Assembly (NCBI GenBank): GCA_038236535.1
Contig: JBBRZQ010000005.1
Coordinates: forward strand, 1,268 to 65,267
Origin: Actinomycetales bacterium
GTDB taxonomy: Bacteria; Actinomycetota; Actinomycetes; Actinomycetales; Dermatophilaceae
Reading direction: 5' to 3'
DNA length: 64,000 bases
Below the pieces are notes generated by a model, which ran no database searches, had not been told where the DNA came from, and saw nothing but the letters and a program-made list of their open reading frames with translations. Both the position numbers and the translations under genes were made by a program. Position 1 is the first letter of the stretch. Every line of letters starts with the position of its first letter. This document shows positions 60,301-64,000 of this stretch, in pieces.

Positions 60301-62542
60301 GCTCCGGTCCGACCAGCTGCGGGTGCTGGGCCCGGACCACCCGGACACCCTGACCACCCGGAGCAACCTGGCGTCGTGGCTCGGCGAGTCGGGTCGGGTG
60401 ACCGAGGCCATCGCGGAGTTCGAGCAGCTCCGGTCCGACCAGCTGCGGGTGCTGGGCCCGGACCACCCCAACACCCTGACCACCCGCAACAACCTGGCCT
60501 GGCTGCTGGGCCGGTCGGGTCGGGTGGACGAGGCCGTCTCGGCATACCAGCAGCTCCTGGCCGTCCGCACCCGAGAGCTCGGTGCGGACCACCCGGACAC
60601 CCTGACCACCCGCAACAGCCTGGCGTTCTGGCTCGGGCAGTCGGGTCGGGTGACCGAGGCGATCACGGCGTTCGAGCAGCTGCTCGCCGACCAGGCAAGG
60701 GTGCTGGGCCGTGACGACCCGGACACCCTGACCACCCGCAACAACCTGGCGGAGCTGCTGGGCCGGGCCGGTCGGGTCGACGAGGCGATCACGGCGTTCG
60801 GGCAGGTCCTCGCCGACCGGACCCAGGTGCTCGGCCCGGACGCCCCGGACACCCTGTTCACCCGCAACAACCTGGCGGGTCTGCTGGGCCGGTCGGGCCG
60901 GGTGGCCGAGGCGATCACGGCCTATGAGCAGCTGCTGGCCGACCTGAGGAGGGTGCTGGGCCCGGACGCTCCGCACACCCTGGCCGCCCGCAGCAACCTG
61001 GCGGGTTTGCTGGGCGAGTCTGGTCGGGTGGCTGAGGCAGTCACGGCCTGTCAGCAGCTGCTGGCCGACCAGCGCAGGGTGCTGGGCGCGGACAACCCCC
61101 AGACCCTGGCCACCCGCTGCAACCTGGCGTCCTGGCTCGCCACCTCCGGTCAGGTGGCCGAGGCCATCACGGAGCTCGATCAGCTGCTGGCCGACCGCAC
61201 CCGGGTGCTCGGCCTCGATGATCCCGACACCCTGGCCGTCCGCGGCACCCTGGCATCGTTGCTTGCCGGCGCGGATCGGCTGGCCGAGGCGATCGACGTG
61301 TACCAGCGGCTGCTGGCCGACCGGACCAGGGTGCTGGGCCCAGAGGCACTCGACACGCTGGCCACCCGCGATATCGTCGCCTCGCTGCTCGCCCGCGCCG
61401 GTCGGGTACCCGAGGCGCTCACCAGGTACACGCAGCTCGTGGCTGACCAGAGCAGGGTGCTTGGCCCGGACGCGCACCAGACCCTGGCCACCCGTGCCGG
61501 TATGGCTTCGTTGCTCGGACAGTCGGGCCGGGTGGACGAGGCGGCTGCGGCATCTGAGCAGCTGCTGGCCGACCAGCTGCGGGTGCTCGGCCCGGAGGCC
61601 CCCGGCACGCTGTTCACCCGCGCCAGCCTTGCAGGGTTGCTGGGCCGCTCGGGTCGGGTGGCCGAGGCGGTCACGGCGTACGAGCAGCTGCTGGCCGACC
61701 AGCGCAGGGTGCTGGGCCCGGACGCCCCAGACACCCTGGTCACCCGTGACCACCTGGCGGGATGGCTGGGCCGCTCGGGTCGGGTGGCCGAGGCGGTCAC
61801 GGCGTTCGAGCAGCTGCTGGCCGACCAGCGCAGGGTGTTAGGCGCGGACGCCCCGCAGACCCTGGTCACCCGCAACAAGGTGGGGGGCTGGCTCGGCCGC
61901 TCGGGGCGCCTGGCCGAGGCGGTGACCACCTATGAGCAGCTGCTGGCCGACCAGCGCAGGATTCTTGGCGCGGACGCCCCGCAGACTCTGGTCACCCGCA
62001 ACAACGTGGCGGGGTGGCTCGGCCGGGCGGGCCGGCTGGCCGAGGCGATCACCGAGTTCGAGCAGCTGCTGGCCGACCGCACCAGGCTGCTGGGTCCGGA
62101 CGCCCGGGACACGCTGGCAACGCGCAGCAACCTGGCGTGGTCCCTGGGTCAGTCGGGACGGGTGGCCGAGGCGATCACGGCATTCGAGCAGCTGCTGGCC
62201 GACCAGAGCCGGGTGCTCGGCCCGGACGACCCGCTGACCCTGTTCACTCGTAGCAACCTGGCGGGCTCGTTGGGCCGCTCGGGTCGGGTGGCCGAGGCGG
62301 TCACGGGGTGCGAGCAGCTGCTGGCCGACCAGAGCCGGGTGCTCGGCCCGGACGACCCTCAGGCCCTGTTCACTCGTAGCAATCTGGCGGGGCTGCTCAC
62401 CGAGTCAGGCCGGGTTGCCGAGGCGGTCACCGCGTATCAGGAGCTGCTGGCCGACCAGAGCCGGGTGCTTGGTCCGGATGCCCCCCAGACGCTGGCTACC
62501 CGGAACAACCTGGACTGGCTTGAGAGGCGCAGATCTCACTGA
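57368..62542 (+). CDS. AAA_16/STAND-like ATPase fused to 27 tandem TPR (TPR_10/12-like) units
   Basis: PFVGG..EL, a Walker A-like DSGWGKT, and a Walker B-like IVITIEDLHLADESL (the hhhhDDLHWAD pattern). Then 27 units of ~42 aa with consensus GRV.EAI.A.EQLLADQ.RVLGPDAPDTL.TR.NLA.WLG.S. Confidence 0.85.
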   Translation: MDQGGVGVEGLPFVGGPRQELVARLLREFDQVSESGTPRWCSLEEDSGWGKTRVVQELYRRLAAERQPVPKYWPSSLVPVAQAVQSAGPPMGMRKRVIPERVVPEDEAVPRWFWWGISCATRSGTAVQALADDVTQFVEHRVGLEQRWQQLTSPEEPRVAGGFLEQAEVVETPAGEVLGVAASLGNLPVPGLGLLALTARSGVRGRGEDGPGVVEAAGRDGAGLVDELAPALERLSAAGLPIVITIEDLHLADESLVEVLARLLAAQDAPLLVISTATRGSLDEESHPARRLLARVQPDRVCRVLTEQAVPDLAPSEREAIVRASLPGVSARNADLLADAYPNPLALQLACRVGWVRHADRDLTAKEVEGLPRGVGELLAHLWDDLPENTRRALMVAALSTPAAISDSLGCGDTRWDPSLLAALPATGAWPGSSAEGLSGVLAQTPDAVAWARRVDQGLQQFPDPAQYDVALSRAKAEYDEAGRRLLYEAVARGTSAAEVRSASQELNQARLLVALADEGLLDWDQTTLAGAVTLCGSLRAAPDVDGCRAVIRIVESAVRSAGGEAAAGARLLALRAAYASALGESGRLDEAVTACEQLLADERRVLGPDDPGTLTTRAALASWLGRSGRPAEAAAANEQLLADQIRVLGPDAPGTLATRGAVAVLLAGSGRVAEAITACEHLLVDRRRVLGPDHPDTLATRETLGGLVAGSGQDRAREAVTALEQLVADRTRVFGPDALRTLTTRGVLAGWLAGSGRVDEAITAYGQLLADLTRVFGPDAPQALATRGTLAGLHAKSGRLSEAIAACQQLLADQCRALGPDAPETLASRSNLAHWLAGAGRLAEAVTQCEQLLADRLRVLGPDAPETLAARSSLAVWLGESGRAAEAVTQCEQLLADRLRLLGPDAPSTLTARSNLASWLGESGRVGEAIDALEHLLADQRRVLGKDAQANLTTRNNLADLLGESGQVTEAIAEFEQLRSDQLRVLGPDHPDTLTTRSNLASWLGESGRVTEAIAEFEQLRSDQLRVLGPDHPNTLTTRNNLAWLLGRSGRVDEAVSAYQQLLAVRTRELGADHPDTLTTRNSLAFWLGQSGRVTEAITAFEQLLADQARVLGRDDPDTLTTRNNLAELLGRAGRVDEAITAFGQVLADRTQVLGPDAPDTLFTRNNLAGLLGRSGRVAEAITAYEQLLADLRRVLGPDAPHTLAARSNLAGLLGESGRVAEAVTACQQLLADQRRVLGADNPQTLATRCNLASWLATSGQVAEAITELDQLLADRTRVLGLDDPDTLAVRGTLASLLAGADRLAEAIDVYQRLLADRTRVLGPEALDTLATRDIVASLLARAGRVPEALTRYTQLVADQSRVLGPDAHQTLATRAGMASLLGQSGRVDEAAAASEQLLADQLRVLGPEAPGTLFTRASLAGLLGRSGRVAEAVTAYEQLLADQRRVLGPDAPDTLVTRDHLAGWLGRSGRVAEAVTAFEQLLADQRRVLGADAPQTLVTRNKVGGWLGRSGRLAEAVTTYEQLLADQRRILGADAPQTLVTRNNVAGWLGRAGRLAEAITEFEQLLADRTRLLGPDARDTLATRSNLAWSLGQSGRVAEAITAFEQLLADQSRVLGPDDPLTLFTRSNLAGSLGRSGRVAEAVTGCEQLLADQSRVLGPDDPQALFTRSNLAGLLTESGRVAEAVTAYQELLADQSRVLGPDAPQTLATRNNLDWLERRRSH
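59060..62520 (+). repeat. 126-bp coding tandem repeat array (27 units) inside the TPR gene
   Basis: I counted 27 occurrences of the (E/Q)QLLAD...RVLGPD core, with period 42 aa. Units 10 and 11 share a 55-nt identical stretch. Confidence 0.9.
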
Positions 62543-62602
62543 GTGCCGCAGCTGGCAGGGTCTGCCTCTGGAGCTCGATGCGGATGTCCGTTCGACGTCG
62601 GG

Positions 62603-63439
62603 TCACACCTGATCGGCGGTGACCCGGGCAACGTGGAGTGCCAGATAGGAGACCTCGTCTTCGGTAATCGTCGAACCGAGGCGTATCTCAAGGAGCGCAG
62701 CCAGGCGTAGAGCACATTCAACCTCGTGCGGGTAGGCCGCGCAGATGGCCACCCCGATGGGTGAATGCTTCTGGTCGAGCTGTTTGTGCTGGTGGACTCG
62801 GACGAACAGGTACCGCAGGTGCGTGATGAAGCGTCCGACGCTGACACCGCTCGGGTCGAGATCCAGGCTGAAGGTCTGTTCGATGACGGCGACCATCTGC
62901 TGGATGGCACCGGTCATCGTGTAGGTGTAGGAGAGGTCTCCGGTGGCGAAGCCGGCGTTCACCAGGTGCAACGCGAGTCCGACCGCCTCGGCGCTGGGCA
63001 GCTGGGTCTCGCTGCGGGCGTTGATCGCAGCCACAAGGGCTGCGGCCATGGCGTACTCCTCCGCATAGAGGTTCTGCACCTCCGCGAGGAGCGGGTACTC
63101 CAGTTCCATTCCCACCGCGATTCGCCGCAAGGCGAAGCTGACGTGGTCGGCCAGGGAGATGATCAGCGCCGGGTTTCGGGTGAGCTCCTCCAACCCGAGG
63201 TCTGCCAGAGCCGAGCCGACCAGCTGGATGTGCTCGGGGGGGATGCCCGCGATGAGCTGGGCCAGATGGTCGGGGTCACGCCCGTCTGATGGCACGAAGA
63301 CCCGAACGATCTGGGCCGGGTCGACGACCTGACCCGGCCGGGCCTGGAACCCCAGGCCACGGCCGGTCAGGATCGCCTCGCGTCCAGCATCGTCGACGGC
63401 GAGGACGACGTTGTTGTTGAAGACGCGCACAACCTCCAT
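62603..63439 (-). CDS. BglG/LicT/SacY family PRD-domain transcription antiterminator
   Basis: CAT RNA-binding domain (VFNNNVVLAVD..G.E.ILTGRGLGF), followed by two PRD-like helical domains with conserved His residues. Confidence 0.85.
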   Translation of the reverse strand: MEVVRVFNNNVVLAVDDAGREAILTGRGLGFQARPGQVVDPAQIVRVFVPSDGRDPDHLAQLIAGIPPEHIQLVGSALADLGLEELTRNPALIISLADHVSFALRRIAVGMELEYPLLAEVQNLYAEEYAMAAALVAAINARSETQLPSAEAVGLALHLVNAGFATGDLSYTYTMTGAIQQMVAVIEQTFSLDLDPSGVSVGRFITHLRYLFVRVHQHKQLDQKHSPIGVAICAAYPHEVECALRLAALLEIRLGSTITEDEVSYLALHVARVTADQV

Positions 63440-63488
63440 TGTCAGACCAGTGTCGCATCGCTCGGCGAGGCGATCACGGTCGCCCCTG

Positions 63489-64000
63489 TCAGGGGGTCAC
63501 AGCAATGATCGGGTCGCCAGCGGTGACGTCGCTGCCGGTCTTGGGAGTGACCGACGACAGTGTCTTGCTGTTGATGACGACCACGACGGTGGTCGGGTCG
63601 TAGCCCGCGTCCCGGATGCCAGCGAGGTCGACCGTGGCCAGCAGGTCACCGATCGCGACCCGTTGGTTCTTCTGCACGGCCACATCGAAGCACTTGCCCT
63701 CGAGGCGGACGGTGTCGATACCGATGTGAACCAGCACCTCGACTCCGTCATCGGTCTTGATCCCGAAGGCGTGCCCGCTCGCCGGCACGGTGACCAGTAC
63801 ACCGGCTACGGGAGAGGTCACCCGACCGTCGGTGGGCTTGATGCCGACACCCTCGCCGAGTGCTCGCGACGCGAATACCTTGTCGTCCACCTCGTCCAGG
63901 GGCACGACCTTGCCAGCGACCGGCGCGACGATCACGGCGGTGGGCGTGCTGGCGGTAGGCGTGCCAGCGGAAGGCCCACTACCGGTCGACGGACTAGCGG
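63489..64000 (-). CDS. PTS glucose-family EIIA domain, probably the C terminus of a larger EII protein running off the window (partial)
   Basis: GHAFGIKTDDGVEVLVHIGIDTV (both EIIA-Glc His residues). The frame stays open upstream of the GTG at 63935, through a Pro/Thr/Ser/Ala linker, to the window end. Confidence 0.8.
   Translation of the reverse strand, partial: ASPSTGSGPSAGTPTASTPTAVIVAPVAGKVVPLDEVDDKVFASRALGEGVGIKPTDGRVTSPVAGVLVTVPASGHAFGIKTDDGVEVLVHIGIDTVRLEGKCFDVAVQKNQRVAIGDLLATVDLAGIRDAGYDPTTVVVVINSKTLSSVTPKTGSDVTAGDPIIAVTP

Noticed and set aside
59123-61753. 876-aa ORF on the minus strand, plus many other 60-250-aa ORFs in all frames across 57400..62500.
   Set aside because: It is antisense to the TPR gene. 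High GC and the 126-bp periodic repeat keep several frames open. The translation is low-complexity Arg/Gly/Pro/Gln with no domain, whereas the plus-strand frame has clear ATPase and TPR motifs.

Overview
This is a visibly high-GC chromosomal segment (GC was not computed). It looks like Actinomycetota. The markers are a mycothiol-type class III alcohol/formaldehyde dehydrogenase, a DUF3039-helicase pair, a clpS-DUF2017 pair, murI-MBL-rph-rdgB synteny, and many ATGA/GTGA-coupled genes. Most of the window is core metabolism and housekeeping: an ECF sigma/anti-sigma pair, malic enzyme, a DEAD-box helicase, pncB, kbl-tdh, yidC, bcp, arfB, gpx, fadD, a CoA-transferase and a PTS/BglG module at the right edge.

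Several things go beyond ordinary annotation:
1. Three tandem wax-ester-synthase/DGAT paralogs, with relic pieces of the neighbouring genes that record how the duplications happened.
2. A CsoR-family regulator that has the two Cys residues but no His (CstR-like). It sits with two palindromic operators and an unusual sqr-tusE/dsrC-dsrE plus trx-DUF302 gene set.
3. A well-folded tRNA with anticodon UAG and a Leu-like D arm, but only a 5-nt variable loop, 12 nt upstream of arfB.
4. A 1724-aa AAA_16/STAND-like ATPase fused to 27 tandem 42-aa TPR units, with no recognisable effector or DNA-binding domain.
5. Two intergenic tandem-repeat arrays (15-bp and 14-bp units) that share a TCGCAGAYC core.
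6. Several gene-decay remnants: permease, FAD oxidoreductase, rhodanese and SRPBCC fragments.

I found no CRISPR array, rRNA, transposase or integrase. All calls rest on reading the ORF translations and the raw sequence by eye. No database search was run.
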